Assembly: GCF_000143415.4 (NCBI RefSeq)
Contig: NW_003314347.1
Location: forward strand, 643,438-707,437
Direction: 5' to 3'
DNA from: Selaginella moellendorffii
Taxonomy: Eukaryota > Plantae > Lycopodiophyta
Length of the DNA stretch: 64,000 bases
The notes beneath the pieces were generated by a model. It had not been told where the DNA came from, did not search any database, and worked only from the letters and a program-made list of their open reading frames with translations. Shown here piece by piece: positions 25,829 through 37,965 of this stretch; position 1 is the first letter of the stretch; the number at the start of each line of letters is the position of its first letter. The position numbers and the translations under genes were made by a program.

Positions 25829-27601
25829 ATGAATTCCGCCGACGCGGACGCCGACATTGGGAAGAGGCAAGAGATCCTGGTACGTGATTTTCCCGGCAGG
25901 AGGAGCGAAATCCAGGATCTCCTGTCGATTTTGGGAGGCCCGTGTGATTTCTTCCCGCCGCTGCTCGTACATGGCGCTGCGTCTACCGGCAAGACGAGCG
26001 TCGTCAAGGAGATCTTCCGGCATTTGCGCAGGCCATACGCATACGCGAGCTGTCGATCGTGCCATGCCGCCAGGATTTTGTTTGAATCGATCATCAACAG
26101 CCTGGTTGGGCACGTGAGGAGCGCCGAGATTGGCTACTCCAGCGCGCGCAAGTGTGAAAGAGCCTCGGATTTCGTGGAGTTTCTTCCAGATGCTTGCGAG
26201 GAGGCTATTCGTCGATCCAACAATGAAGTGGGTGCATTCTTTTATCTGTCAGTCGTTCATTTTTCTTTCTCACAACTCGTTTTTCAGTACAGAGCTGCTC
26301 GTCTCCATCAAACGGCAAAGCCAGTAGCGATGATCCGGTCACTGTGTTTGGCAACTTGAGCTGGTTCAAGCGAGAAACAGGGGTTGTCTACCTCATCATT
26401 GACAACATTGATCTCGTGAGGAACTGGAGTGGTGGACAAAACCTTTTATCGGTTTTGTTTCGGCTTCCAGAGCTCTCCCGGCTCCCGCAGCTGGGAATGG
26501 TATTCATCAGCAGCGTTGGCCCGCATGCTTTCATGTCCGGCACAGGATGCCGGCAGCCCCTGCCAGTTTACTTCAGAGATTATCTAGACGACGAACTCTT
26601 CCAGATCCTGGTGAAGAAGCAAATCAAGTCCGATCTCTACGTTTCGTTTCTCAAGTAAGTTGCTTCTTTCATGCCGAGGGATGATACTCATGCGCCTTAA
26701 TCTTTTGGTTTCTCCAGTGCGGTGTTGAAGCCGTTTAGCCGAGCAACACGGAGAATAACCGAGCTCATGATGCTGCTGGAGCCTCTGTTTGAGCAGTACT
26801 GCGCGCCGGTGGTCTCGGGAGCGGTGCTTCCGGACGAGCAAGGGAAACGAAAGCTCTTCACGCTTATCAAACCACACGTTCGCAGCTTCTTGGGACGGGC
26901 TTCTTCTATCCTTGCAGCATCTCCAGGAAAGTTATTGGAGTCACCAGGTGGAGGAAGATCAGTCATCAGCGCTCCAGCGTCCGACGACCAACTGTGCAAT
27001 TTACAGTTGCCTCTCTGCAGTAAATATCTGCTTCTGGCGGCATACATCGCTTCCACTAATCCAGCTACATTGGATGCCGCTTTGTTTGATGCCGGCCACG
27101 CAAGTGGCTCGAGGAAACGAAGGCGAAGGTGAAGCTCAATTTCTAGTTATTTCTTCTCTTTTCTCTTACGTGTTCCGATCACAGGAGTTCTCTGTCAGCC
27201 ACGGAAAAGAAAGAAAACAAGGAGATGGAGAGGCAACTCAAAGGTCCAGGCAGCTTCTCTCTGGAGAGGCTCCTGGCAATATTCTCGTGCATTGCAACCG
27301 GCCCTGGATTTAAACTCGGGATTTCTGCTCATGACAACAAACTGGACGAAGACGCAGGCATGGAAGTCACGTCCGATGTTCTAATGCAGCTATCAACGCT
27401 CGTCGGCGTTGGTCTGATATCACAAGGACTCACTGATCCACTTGAAGGATCTCCAAAGTTTCGGTGCAATGTGGAGGAGGAAGTCATCCATATGGTAACG
27501 TTTCATTCCTTCTTTAACTTCAACTATGGTTTTCGCTGGCTTTGCAGATCGCTAGGAGCACTAGCTTTCCACTCGCTAAGTACCTGTACTACAACTGTTA
27601 A
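25829..27601 (+). CDS. ORC5: Origin recognition complex subunit 5, multi-exon
   Basis: FPGRRSEI, Walker A HGAASTGKT, YLIIDNIDLVR, SKYLLLAAYIASTNPATLDAALF, GPGSFSLERLLAIF, QLSTL, and a last exon IARSTSFPLAKYLYYNC*. Confidence 0.93.
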
Positions 27602-28152
27602 ACAGGTGCCTTTTCTTAGATCAAGTTTTCAACGACCATCATAGATGCTGCAAAACAAGAGCATTGCTTCGGTGATACATTACATCGCAAATGGCTGTAG
27701 ACTACGCTGAGAAGTCGCAATCGAATCCGGGATACTCGTGAGGAGAGTTCCAACGTCAAATCCATCGTAGTTGTATCCACTCGATGTCTAAACCATTTTC
27801 GGAAACTACCACTTAACAAATTGATCGATACCTCTCAAGCGAGCGTCGATTTTCCCCTGCGAAGATCAACCAAAAAATCGTTACTGACCAAAAAAATTGA
27901 TCATTTAGGGCTTTACTTTGCATCACAGACATGTTTCGCCAGACCCACGTGTATGCCACGTCAAAGAGCAAAGCGATGACATGGAATGGAATATGCAGTT
28001 ATACCTGCATTAGGGCTTTTCCACGCGGAAAAAGAGGTGCGCGCGCGACGAAGTCCCAGATCTAGAGTTCTCGCGATCACAAGTTAGGGTTCTTCGATCT
28101 GGGATCTCTCAGCCACTAGGGTAACAGCAATCTTCTCATCGCCGCGAGGGCC

Positions 28153-29454
28153 ATGGCGGCCATTCCTAGGGTCAGCATCCTCGGCTTGATTCTAGCCCTG
28201 CTCCTGCCGCTGCTGGCCGTGGCCGAGATCAAGCGCACCAAGATCAAGGACGATGGCCGCCCGCTCATCATGTTCGAGAAATTCGGCTTCACGAACCGCG
28301 GCGAGGTGGGGATCTTCGTGTCCGAGGTCCACGTCTCGTCCGAGGCCGATCTCTCGCTCATGGGCTTCTTCCTCAGCACCGAGGAAGCGCTCCTCCAGGT
28401 CTTCGCCGACGTCGAGAAGCAGCCAAACCAGTGCATCCTCGCCAATCCCAAGATCCGCGCCTTGCTCCGCCTCAACGAGGTCGATGGCCGCGGCGGGACT
28501 TACAACAACACCTTCCCGGTGGCTGATGGCAACGAGTACTCGCTCTTCTTCATCAATTGCCACGCTCACTCGCAGGTCTCGATGATCGTGGAGACTTCCA
28601 TGTACAACTTGGAGGGCAGTGTCAAGGATTTCCTCCCGGCCGGCCAGACCCAGCTCCCAGCGCTGTTCTTCACCTTCGCGCTCGTCTACATCGCGCTCAC
28701 GGCCCTCTGGATCTACTTCTGCGCCAAGCACAAGGAGACCACGCACAGGATCCACATCCTCATGGGAGTTCTTCTCGCGCTCAAGGTGCTCAACTTGCTC
28801 GCCGAGGCCGAGGATAAGAGCTATATCAAGAAGACCGGCACCGCGCACGGCTGGGACGTGATCTTCTACATCTCGGGTTTCCTCAAGGGTGTGATGCTCT
28901 TCACGGTGATCGTCCTGGTCGGGACCGGGTGGTCGTTCCTCAAGCCATTTCTCCAGGACAAGGAGAAGAAGGTGTTGATGGTGGTGATCCCGCTCCAGGT
29001 GTTTGCAAACGTTGCCTCGATCGTGATCGACGAGACCGGGCCGGCGACCAAGAGCTGGTTTACTTGGCGCCAGCTCTTCCTGTTGCTCGATATCATCTGC
29101 TGCTGCGCCATCCTCTTCCCCATCGTCTGGTCGATCAAGCACTTGAGAGAGGCCTCTCACTCGGATGGAAAGGCCGCCAGGAACCTCGTCAAGCTCACGC
29201 TCTTCCGCCAGTACTACATCGTCGTCGTGACTTACATCTACTTCACCCGGATCGTGGTGTTTGCGCTGACAACGATCACGCCATACCAGTACCGATGGTC
29301 GAGCAGCTTCGCGGCCGAGGCCGCGACTCTGGCCTTCTATCTCTTCACTGGCTATAAGTTCCGGCCGGTCGTACACAACCCATACTTTGTGCTGGACGAG
29401 GAGGAGGAGGAGGCCGCGCAAGAAGCTCTCAAGGACGACGATTTCGATCTCTAG
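28153..29454 (+). CDS. GPR107/GPR108-like lung seven-transmembrane receptor family protein (CAND6/7-like), intronless
   Basis: Signal peptide, RPLIMFEKFGF, FLPAGQTQLP, seven hydrophobic segments, LLDIICCCAILFPIVWSI, KLTLFRQYY and GYKFRP. Confidence 0.93.
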   Translation: MAAIPRVSILGLILALLLPLLAVAEIKRTKIKDDGRPLIMFEKFGFTNRGEVGIFVSEVHVSSEADLSLMGFFLSTEEALLQVFADVEKQPNQCILANPKIRALLRLNEVDGRGGTYNNTFPVADGNEYSLFFINCHAHSQVSMIVETSMYNLEGSVKDFLPAGQTQLPALFFTFALVYIALTALWIYFCAKHKETTHRIHILMGVLLALKVLNLLAEAEDKSYIKKTGTAHGWDVIFYISGFLKGVMLFTVIVLVGTGWSFLKPFLQDKEKKVLMVVIPLQVFANVASIVIDETGPATKSWFTWRQLFLLLDIICCCAILFPIVWSIKHLREASHSDGKAARNLVKLTLFRQYYIVVVTYIYFTRIVVFALTTITPYQYRWSSSFAAEAATLAFYLFTGYKFRPVVHNPYFVLDEEEEEAAQEALKDDDFDL

Positions 29455-29583
29455 AAAGTGTGTGACGATTGATGGTGGTAAGTTTTGCTCCTGGAAAGTC
29501 AGAAAGAAGAAAAGCTCCACAGAGATTTATTTGCAATCTATCGAGTTCTTTCAAGAACAAGCCCAGCTAGATGTGTTTTAGAG

Positions 29584-29877
29584 CTAGGAAAGAAGTACCT
29601 CGGCGATAAAGCGATAGACGACGATGAATCGCAGCACCCGGTAGAGCGGCTCAAACTCTGTGAAGCCGTAATCCACGGCCAGCTCGCGGAAGGAGTGCTC
29701 GTTGATGTGTAGATCCCGCCGCGGCACATAGAAGTTCTTGGCAGCCGCTGGAATTCCCACCGTCTCCCTGGCGAGCGGCGACACTGGAGCAATGCCGTGG
29801 AGATTCCTTGGAGCTGAAGTGGATCGGCGCAGCAGACTCGTCACGAGCGTGGATCGGGAGAGCAACCTCGACGCCAT
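29584..29877 (-). CDS. Small (97-aa) protein with a mitochondrial transit-peptide-like N-terminus and a hydrophobic C-terminus
   Basis: MASRLLSRSTLVTSLLRRSTS is rich in R/S/L with no acidic residues. The ATG is preceded by a telo-box-like TTAGGGTT, and the protein ends RVLRFIVVYRFIAEVLLS. Confidence 0.55.
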   Translation of the reverse strand: MASRLLSRSTLVTSLLRRSTSAPRNLHGIAPVSPLARETVGIPAAAKNFYVPRRDLHINEHSFRELAVDYGFTEFEPLYRVLRFIVVYRFIAEVLLS

Positions 29878-30019
29878 TGCCGCGAAGAACCCTAAATGCG
29901 ACAGCCCTAAAATTAAAACCGGGGCTTCCTTGTTTGACTCTGACGACGCGTTTTCTCGATCGATCTCCCACATTTTGCGATCGATCTTGCTGTCGTCCCG
30001 TCCCACAGGAGCTCGATCC

Positions 30020-31354
30020 ATGGCGCGCAAATTGCTCCTCGGCAGCTATGTCTTGCAAGATCCCTTCGCTGGGCTCGAGTACGAGGATCCAGCGACGGAG
30101 AAGCAGGCGCACGAGATATCGCAGAAAATCTTGGTAAGGTACTCCCACGATCTTAGCTTCTCGTCCCTGATTCCAGCGCTGGCGACGTCCTATTCCATGA
30201 CATTCGAGTCTCTCGACGTCAAGACTACGACCACGGCATACCTTGGCCCTCTCAAGCTCGTCTACAAGCCTTTCAAGATCAACCGGTGGCTTCACATGTT
30301 CTTTCCGAAGATGAGCAACAGGGTCGAGCTCGGAAATCTGTGGCTCCAGATGGAAAATGTGAGATTTCCTCCGCGAATCGGTGGTACAGTGGAGGATATC
30401 TTGGGTGCTCTTCCCAGGGCCGCGAGCTTCCAGATAGTAAGCTTTCTAGACCAAGGAGCTTACGGTGCCATCTACAAGGTGACTTGGTCGAAACAGGAAT
30501 TTGCGATCAAGCTGTTTAGCAAGGAAAAACACCTCCAGGACGAAGCAGTGATCCATTTCACGCTGGACCATCCTCACGTTGTCAAGCCTCATGGCTACTA
30601 CCTCAGCGGGAGTGGCAGTAGCAGTGGCAATTGCTCTGACGCCGGGTTGATCATGGAGCTGATGGATGGCGATCTCCAGACCTGGATCAAGAACAAGGTT
30701 GAAAAAGACCCCCATCATCCACCGCTGGAAGAGAAAGCTGCGATCGACGTGATGCTCCAGCTCGCCACCGCTCTCATGTACATGCACGCGTTTGGATTGA
30801 TCCACCGGGACGTGAAGCCGGGAAACTTGCTCGTTCGATTCAACCAGACTTTTCCCAGCGGTCTAGAGGTGAAGTTAGGAGATTTCGGCACTGCCAGATC
30901 CGTGGAGGACGGGCAGCTCACGGCTCGAAGAGGGACGCAGTGTTACTGGGCTCCAGAAGTTCTCCAGGGTGACGAAGGATCAAAGTGTTCTTACACGGAC
31001 AAGGCCGATGTTTACAGCTTTGGAATGACCTTCTACGCGGTCCTCACGGGAGAGACTCCGCTGGACAAGTACAAGGAGTTGTCGCCCGAGGAGTTCTTGG
31101 AGAAGATCCGGGGTGGGAACTGGATCATCCCTGGGTTGAAACGAGCCGGGAAGAGGCCTCGGCTGCCGAGTTCCGTCGACCCGAGCTTGGCGAAGCTGAT
31201 CCAGCAGTGCTGGCATGAAGATCCGGAAGAAAGGCCTCCGTTTGACGTGATCTGCTGGGCTTTGGAGATCATCCAGTGCAAACTCCTTGGAACCGAGATC
31301 TGTTCCGCTTTGGACAGGTACTTGATCACGTCGCGAATTTTTTTTTCTCGCTGA
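30020..31354 (+). CDS. Intronless TKL-type Ser/Thr(/Tyr) protein kinase with an uncharacterised N-terminal extension
   Basis: DQGAYG, FAIK, HRDVKPGN, DFG, YWAPEV, DVYSFG and CW..DPEERP are all intact. The start is taken at the ATG at 30020 because the upstream in-frame region overlaps the minus-strand gene. Confidence 0.88.
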   Translation: MARKLLLGSYVLQDPFAGLEYEDPATEKQAHEISQKILVRYSHDLSFSSLIPALATSYSMTFESLDVKTTTTAYLGPLKLVYKPFKINRWLHMFFPKMSNRVELGNLWLQMENVRFPPRIGGTVEDILGALPRAASFQIVSFLDQGAYGAIYKVTWSKQEFAIKLFSKEKHLQDEAVIHFTLDHPHVVKPHGYYLSGSGSSSGNCSDAGLIMELMDGDLQTWIKNKVEKDPHHPPLEEKAAIDVMLQLATALMYMHAFGLIHRDVKPGNLLVRFNQTFPSGLEVKLGDFGTARSVEDGQLTARRGTQCYWAPEVLQGDEGSKCSYTDKADVYSFGMTFYAVLTGETPLDKYKELSPEEFLEKIRGGNWIIPGLKRAGKRPRLPSSVDPSLAKLIQQCWHEDPEERPPFDVICWALEIIQCKLLGTEICSALDRYLITSRIFFSR

Positions 31355-31659
31355 TGATCTTCTCCTCGTTTTGTTCTTGGTTTTGTTCTTCGTCCAGGAA
31401 CCCGGAAGTTTATCCGATGAAGCTCGATGATCCTGGCTCTGGCCCCCATGACAAAGTTATACCATTCTCTTTCACGAACCAGCAAAACCAGAGGCTACTT
31501 AGCTTCTAAGCTGACAGCGGCTGCCACGTATTTCCAAGTCAGCTCTAATTGCCAGCTTGGCAGACAAGTGGCGTCCAAGCTAGCACTCGACGAGGAGAAT
31601 CGAACTCGTGTGTCATTACTTTATTCTTTGGTTTTGTGGAGAGGTTTTAGAGCGAGGCG

Positions 31660-32779
31660 ATGGCGCGCAGGCAAGGGATTGCTCCGCCAGTGGCTGTGCC
31701 AGCCGCGGCCACGGCAGCGGCGGCGGTGGCGGAGAGCGCCGCGCCGGATGAGAGATTCGTGGAGGATGAGGGATATTTCTCACAGGATCCACAGGAGTGT
31801 GTGCCAGCGGTGGCGATGGAGGGCGCCGAGGAGGACGAGATGCTATCGCGATCCATGGTGATGACAAGGGCCGAGGTCGTCAAGCGCCGGCGGCGAAGGG
31901 TGAGGCAGCTGATCAAGCTCTATCGGGTACAGTATTGGGCATTGCTCGAGGAGCTGCGCGCCAAGTACCGGAGGTTCTATCTCCGGACAGGGAAGAGCGG
32001 CTGGCGCGAGGAGAATGAGGCGGAGGAATCGCAGCAGCCGGGCAATGTGGACATGAGAGTGCCCGAGCGATCGGCCGGGGAGGCGATCAAGTGTGGATTC
32101 CAGGGATGCATGACCAAGCCGATGCCGCTCAGCGCCTATTGCTTCGATCACATTCTCTTGGAGCCTCGCCAGTGCTTGTACAAGCCGTGCGCATTCGTTC
32201 CTCGCAGGTATGCCGTATGATATTTCGATCGATCGAGTCTTTCCTTAGATTTTTTTTCGTGTCTTGGGTTTCTTTCTTTCTTTTGTTTTAGTCATACTCT
32301 ATGCATTAATAGTGACATGGTAGATAGGAGTTTATGTTCTTTCAATGTCTTTGCATCGTGTCTCTTTGCTAGACATGCTTTAGATGTCATGGATAGGATT
32401 TTACGTTCTTAGAGATACGATCGCTAGAACTTTTTATATTGTATTTCTTGTTAGACAAGTTCTTGACATTTCGTCAAGCCCCTTGACATTGTTTTTTCAT
32501 GCGTCTCACGTTCTTGCTATTCTTTCTCCTTCCAGTGCCCCGAATGGAACTTGTGGGAAACCCGTTCTTCGTGCGGTAGTGCCATCTTTTTGCGCCATTC
32601 ACTTCCAGTTAGCCCAGAGGCAAGCTGCTCGAGTAATGAAGAGGGCCGCCAATAACAACACGGTGCCTCCACTGGGAGCGTTTGCTGGCAAAGGCGCTCC
32701 CAAGCTCCATGTCTTGATCTCGGAGTACGTTCGAGCCATCCAGAACAAACGAAGAGCCAGGGCCGCCAACCACAGCTAA
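31660..32779 (+). CDS. INO80 complex subunit D / KANSL2-like protein (zf-C3Hc3H), exons 31660-32207 and 32536-32779
   Basis: TRAEVVKRRRRRVRQL..YWALLEELR, CGFQGC..PMPLSAYCFDHI, CGKPVLR..PSFCAIH; GT-AG intron between the two exons. Confidence 0.85.
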
Positions 32780-33067
32780 AGATCTTTCGTATAGGAGGTA
32801 GACGATGGTGTGTCCTCGAGTTTTCTTACTTCGTTATGGTCGCAGGTTTAAACCTGCGCGCTATAATACAAAAGGCACTTTGATGCCGACGGAGTAATAT
32901 TCTACTATTGTTTCTTTCAACTTCAGTACAAAGCGCGTCATTTCGCGCGGAGCCTACAAAGTTCTGGCCTCACGTGAAATATCAGGAGCAGCAGTGTCAT
33001 TCCCTGGCTATGGTGGCTGTCTCGCTTCAAAGCATCTGTTAAGCTTTCAAACTTCTCCGCTTTGAAG

Positions 33068-36000
33068 ATGGTGAGCGCCGTTTTTGGTTTGGTTGCTGTG
33101 TTGAGCTTTCTCGCTTTGCAGGGTGTGCTCGATGGATATCACAGAGCAATGAACGAGGTGTTTGAGCGGTATGGATCGTTTGCAGCTCGTCGTCCGGCTG
33201 TTCCGCTCATGTACGATTTTCGCTCTTGCGTTTTTGCCGCGATAAATCTTTTCTCTTTTCACTTTCACAGAATTGGACTCGTCCTGCTTGGAGGAATTTC
33301 TTTTGGTCTTTTTAATGTGAAGAAGGAAGCCGATCTGGAAAAGCTATGGGTTGAGCAAAACTCTCGCGTCGTGGAAGAGAAAGAGTTTTTCGATTCGAGG
33401 TTCTCTTGTTTGAATTTCGTTCGTATAAATGTAACGTTGTCTGGTTTCAGTTTCGGAGGTATTTCTCGGCTCGAGGCAGTCACAATCACACCACGGGATG
33501 GCAAGGATTACAACTTGGTCCATGCGATGGACGCTCTTAAGTCATCCATTACTCCTCTCTATGACAACTTGACCATGACAAGAACGATAAACGGAAAGAC
33601 ATATAACTTCCGCGAGGTATGATATGTGATGATGTCTTCATTGGTTTCAGATTAAGACCATTTTCTATTGCAGAACGATTTCTGTGAGAGGCCTGTTGTG
33701 CCGGATTACATAAAGTCTGGTACAGACCCTTTGAAGAACAAAAACTTCATTTCATGGGGATACTCAAAATATGCAAATTGTGCCTTAGAGGCGCTGAATG
33801 CTCCTCCTGAACTGCGTTTACCCGATGGATGGGGTATAGACTGGCTTCCTTGTCTGAAACTATCGGCATTAGACTGTTTTAAAGAAGGAGGCGATTTTGA
33901 CTATCCACCAGCGTTAAAACTACTTGAACAAGAAGGTACACTTCTCTTGATTTATTTGCTCGCAGTACATATTCTATTTTATGGTTTATGATTCAGCTCT
34001 CTCCGGGTTACGCATCGCTCAAATTGCTGTCATCCCTAACGGAAACTGTCAAACGGAAGTTCGCCGTAACTACACAGCTCTAAACATCGATGAAAACACC
34101 GTCAATGAGGTTTCTAAAGTTTATGGTTTCCTAGTTTCTTAACTTATACAGTATGTTTCAGCTTGTCCAGGGAGTTACTGGTTTGTCTCGGCTTCTTTTG
34201 ACATGGGGATACAGCTGGAGAAAATCATACGCAGGCATGACCAATCAGCAAGTAATTTATTCAGTTTGCGAACTCAAGCTCGAAAATAAGCTCTGAAAAT
34301 TTCAGGTTCTAGATCACATAAATGCTGCTCTGCGATTTGGAAAGTCTGCTGATCCGAATCCGACAAATCCTCAGGTTATATTTCTAAAGCGAGTTTTTGA
34401 TGCTCACTACCGTCACATAGATTGTGGACTGCCTCTCTGGAACGCAACCGTGCTGCATGACATGGTTTGGAGCACACAGCCCAACTCTAACGTCATTGGG
34501 TAGTCTGAAGTACGATGCTTCTGGGAACATCACCGAGGTTACTACTTGAAACTTACACGTACTAGTCGTCTGCTCACAACTGTAATTTTGATTCATTATG
34601 TCTCTCAGATCAAAGGATTAAGATGGGCCGGAAACAATTTCCATCAAAGGCATCCGGTCTGGGAATCGTACATCTCTAATTTACTAGGTACAAGTTTTCA
34701 AGAAAAACAGAGGGAGCAGCTTACTAAAGACTGGGAAGCTCATATGATCAACGAACTGGACCCTCTACGACAGCACCAACCAAGTACAATATTTGGCGAC
34801 AAAAATATTTATGGTGACCTGCAGCTAGAGTTCAACATGTGGGTATGTAATCAACCATTTTCGCGTCTGCTTGATAAACTTTCCTGACTTTCTTCGATTA
34901 CAGAGGTCGTCGGAAGACATAATCTCGGATGCCAATAAAACACCAGTGTGGCAGATAGTTCTTAGCGGCATTCTTGTCTCGATATACTCATTTCTGGCTT
35001 TTGTCAACTTCAAGGATCCTGTACACTCGTTTACATGGCTGGCTCTCACCGTAAGTACGTTTTATCACCGATCAGAACTAACCTTTTTCTTTGTTTGCAG
35101 GGAATGGTTGTAGTTTCACTTGCTGTTATTGCTGGGTTTGGGTTTAGCGCTGCTATTGGAATCAAGCTAACCCCGTTGGCCGGTTCTGTGGTACCTTTCC
35201 TTACACTGGGACTGGGTACATGACATCAAGTGTTATGGTTTACATTGCTAACATCTTGTACTATTGTCAGGCATAGATGATGTTTTCGTGCTAGTGAGCG
35301 TACTTCGTAATTACTTAAAAGATCCATCACTCAAAGACATAACTTCAAAAGTACCTGAAGCAGAGATGAGAATGACAACTGCTCTCGCGGGTCCATCGGT
35401 GGTGTTAACAACGTTTTCTGTTCTTGCTTCATTCTTCATTTCTTCACTTGTCGGTATTGTAATTTGGTATTTCACTTTGCTAATTGGAGTTTGTTTATTT
35501 TGTTCACGAAGAGTCCAATGCCAATCGTGAGGTGGTTTTGCTGGCAAATGGGGATCACAGCAACACTTCATACTCTAGGAATGCTTTTGATATTTATACC
35601 GATAATGGCAATCGATGCCAGACGAGTGAAGGTAAGTCTGTTTTTATTTATACCTGTCTTTTTCAACACTATGTCGCAGGCCAATGTTTGTGATCCTTAC
35701 CTTTGGCTGCTTTGCGGGATTCGAAAGAAGGAAAATCTAGGTTCGCTTCTTCGGTTTTGATACCCGCTTGCGTTTTCTTAATCTTGTGTGTGTGCTTTTG
35801 TAGAAGGGCCGCTTGCGTCAAAGGACTCCCCTGGAAATTTCAGTGGACATGTCACTGGAACATCCTTCGTATCGCGAGCTGTTGCAAAGTACTATGCTCC
35901 TCTATTTGAAAATAATCTGTTCAAGGTCGTTGTGGTGCGTATCTTCAACCTTGTTTTTCTCGTTCTAACCCTGCACGGTTTCAGCTTGTATTGTTCTCAG

Positions 36001-37815
36001 CATTACTCGCTGTGACAACTTACCTGGGCTTTGAAAAAGTCGAGCACGGGTTATTACTATCCGATATAACTCTGAAAGGTAGCCTTCTCACATCACGTTC
36101 TGAGCAACACATTTTCTTGTAACTAGGCTCGTACCAGAACACATTTGCGGTCGTAACAGAGGGAAAATTCTTAAGCTACCAAATTGTAAGGTTGAGTCCC
36201 ACAATGGTTTCTTATTGAGCCTTGATTTACAGAACTATGTGACGCGAGATATTGATTTTGCGAGGAACCAGGAAAATCTTCTTAAGATATACGAGACAAT
36301 GCAAAGCAACTTGTCATACTGGACTCCTCCACAACCCAGGGTAATATCGACTTTTTGTTCCTTTTGCGGAGGATGACACTTAGTCCATATAAGAATTTGG
36401 ATCACTACCCCTCTTCGCAATGGCCTCACAGCCTTCTTTCTTCTTTCAGGTTCTAGAAGCGTCAGTATTGGGAAACATTATGGTTTACACGGCTAATTCT
36501 AGACCCGATATAAAAACAGTTCCTGTGAATGTCTCCGGGATTCCGCTATTTACTATCCCTGTCGACGTTTTCGATCAGACTCAGCAAGCCTGGTCATCGA
36601 CGCCCATAGGTACAGAAGCTCAGTTTGCAAGCTCATCTTTGAAGATTTTGGTCCAGGTATTTTTTCACTGCCCGATTACTACTGCGAGGACAAGACTACA
36701 AAAGAACATTTGGATTGTTTCACTACCACATTCAAACCAAATCTTCGAGTTGCGGCTACAAAGACATCTGTAAGTCAGTTTTGTTATACGTCCTTTCATG
36801 TTTATGGAACTCTACATGCGTGAAACAGATTTTTATAGAGCACTTGGGTGCCGAGACGGAACCAAATCTTCGTATGATCAGACAGACCAGAAAAATAGCT
36901 GACCAGATGAATGCCGAGATCGGTGAAAATGTTGCCTACGTGTACGGGTATCCGTTCCTTTTCTTTGAACAGTATCTTCACAGCAGCCGAAACTTGTACA
37001 TTGTGGTGGGCTTCGCGTTACGTAAGTTTCTGTCAGCAGTCCATTCCTTTCAAGCAGGCTCACTGGTTTTTTCCTTTGCAGTTGGAGTATTTGTGGCCGT
37101 TCTCATTTTCCAGTTCAGCATCGTGATCTCGTTCCTTATCGTGATTGTGCTGCTCATGGTGGACTTGGAAGTGTACGGCTTTATCTACGTTATCGGTGCA
37201 AAACTTAACTGTACGTGTAGTTCTACTCTGATGACCAAAACTGACAATCTATCTCTTGCAGCCCTCTCGCTCGTTAACCTTGGCATAGTTGTGAGTACTA
37301 TGTGTTTAGCAACCTTTCGGCAGTTTCTAACGCTGTCTCGTGGTATTTTCTAGATTGGAATGGCGGCCGAACTCACGTACCTTGCTCGAGCATTCCTGAT
37401 GGTGGAGGGAACCAGGAACTACCGCGTTGGGAAGGCACTCGAGTGGACTCTGGAACCCCTGCTCCATGGTTTCGGAACTCAAGTGGTCGCGACTCTACCG
37501 CTCGTCTTTCTCAAGTAAGCGAAACTTTTAAAACTCCCAAGCCTGCGTTCTCATCATCCAGCCATTTCCCTCTTCATCAGGTACCACGCATTCCGAATCT
37601 ACTACTTCGCAATGTTCGCAGTCATGGGCGTGCTTAGCTTCCTCAACGGCTTTGTGCTACTCCCGGTGCTTCTCTCGTGGTTTGGACCTCCAGCCCTGCC
37701 CAGCCACATCCCTGTTGCCAGCACGCACGGGTTCTCGCACGTCGACGAAGATCAAAAGGGCGACAAAGAGATGGTAGAAACGGAGCCTGCACAGGACATG
37801 GACCTGCGCCCCTAG
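33068..37815 (+). CDS. Patched-like sterol-sensing-domain RND transporter, about 20+ exons
   Basis: KLWVEQNSRVVEE, LDCFKEG, SSD with PFLTLGLG/IDDVF and LAGPSVVLT, GYPFLFFEQY, TM10 IGMAAELT and NGFVLLPVLLSWFGP. There is no NPC1 N-terminal Cys-rich domain. Confidence 0.88.
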
Positions 37816-37965
37816 TGGTTTGTCTCTACTCCTTTCTCCTTTCTTTTCTTCCTTGGAACTTATTATTTCTTTCCTTGCAGTTCAGTTGCTATAAAAAAAA
37901 AAGCTCACTAGGAAAGAACTTCATGCCTTGGATATGCTGCTGTTTCAAATTCTAGTTAGGGCCAA

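Noticed and set aside
28192-29520. 442-aa antisense ORF over the GPR107-like gene
   Set aside because: Expected shadow ORF from high GC3 codon usage; no motifs.
29738-30019. N-terminal extension of the kinase ORF
   Set aside because: Starts at TTG and overlaps a more plausible minus-strand gene; the ATG at 30020 is preferred.
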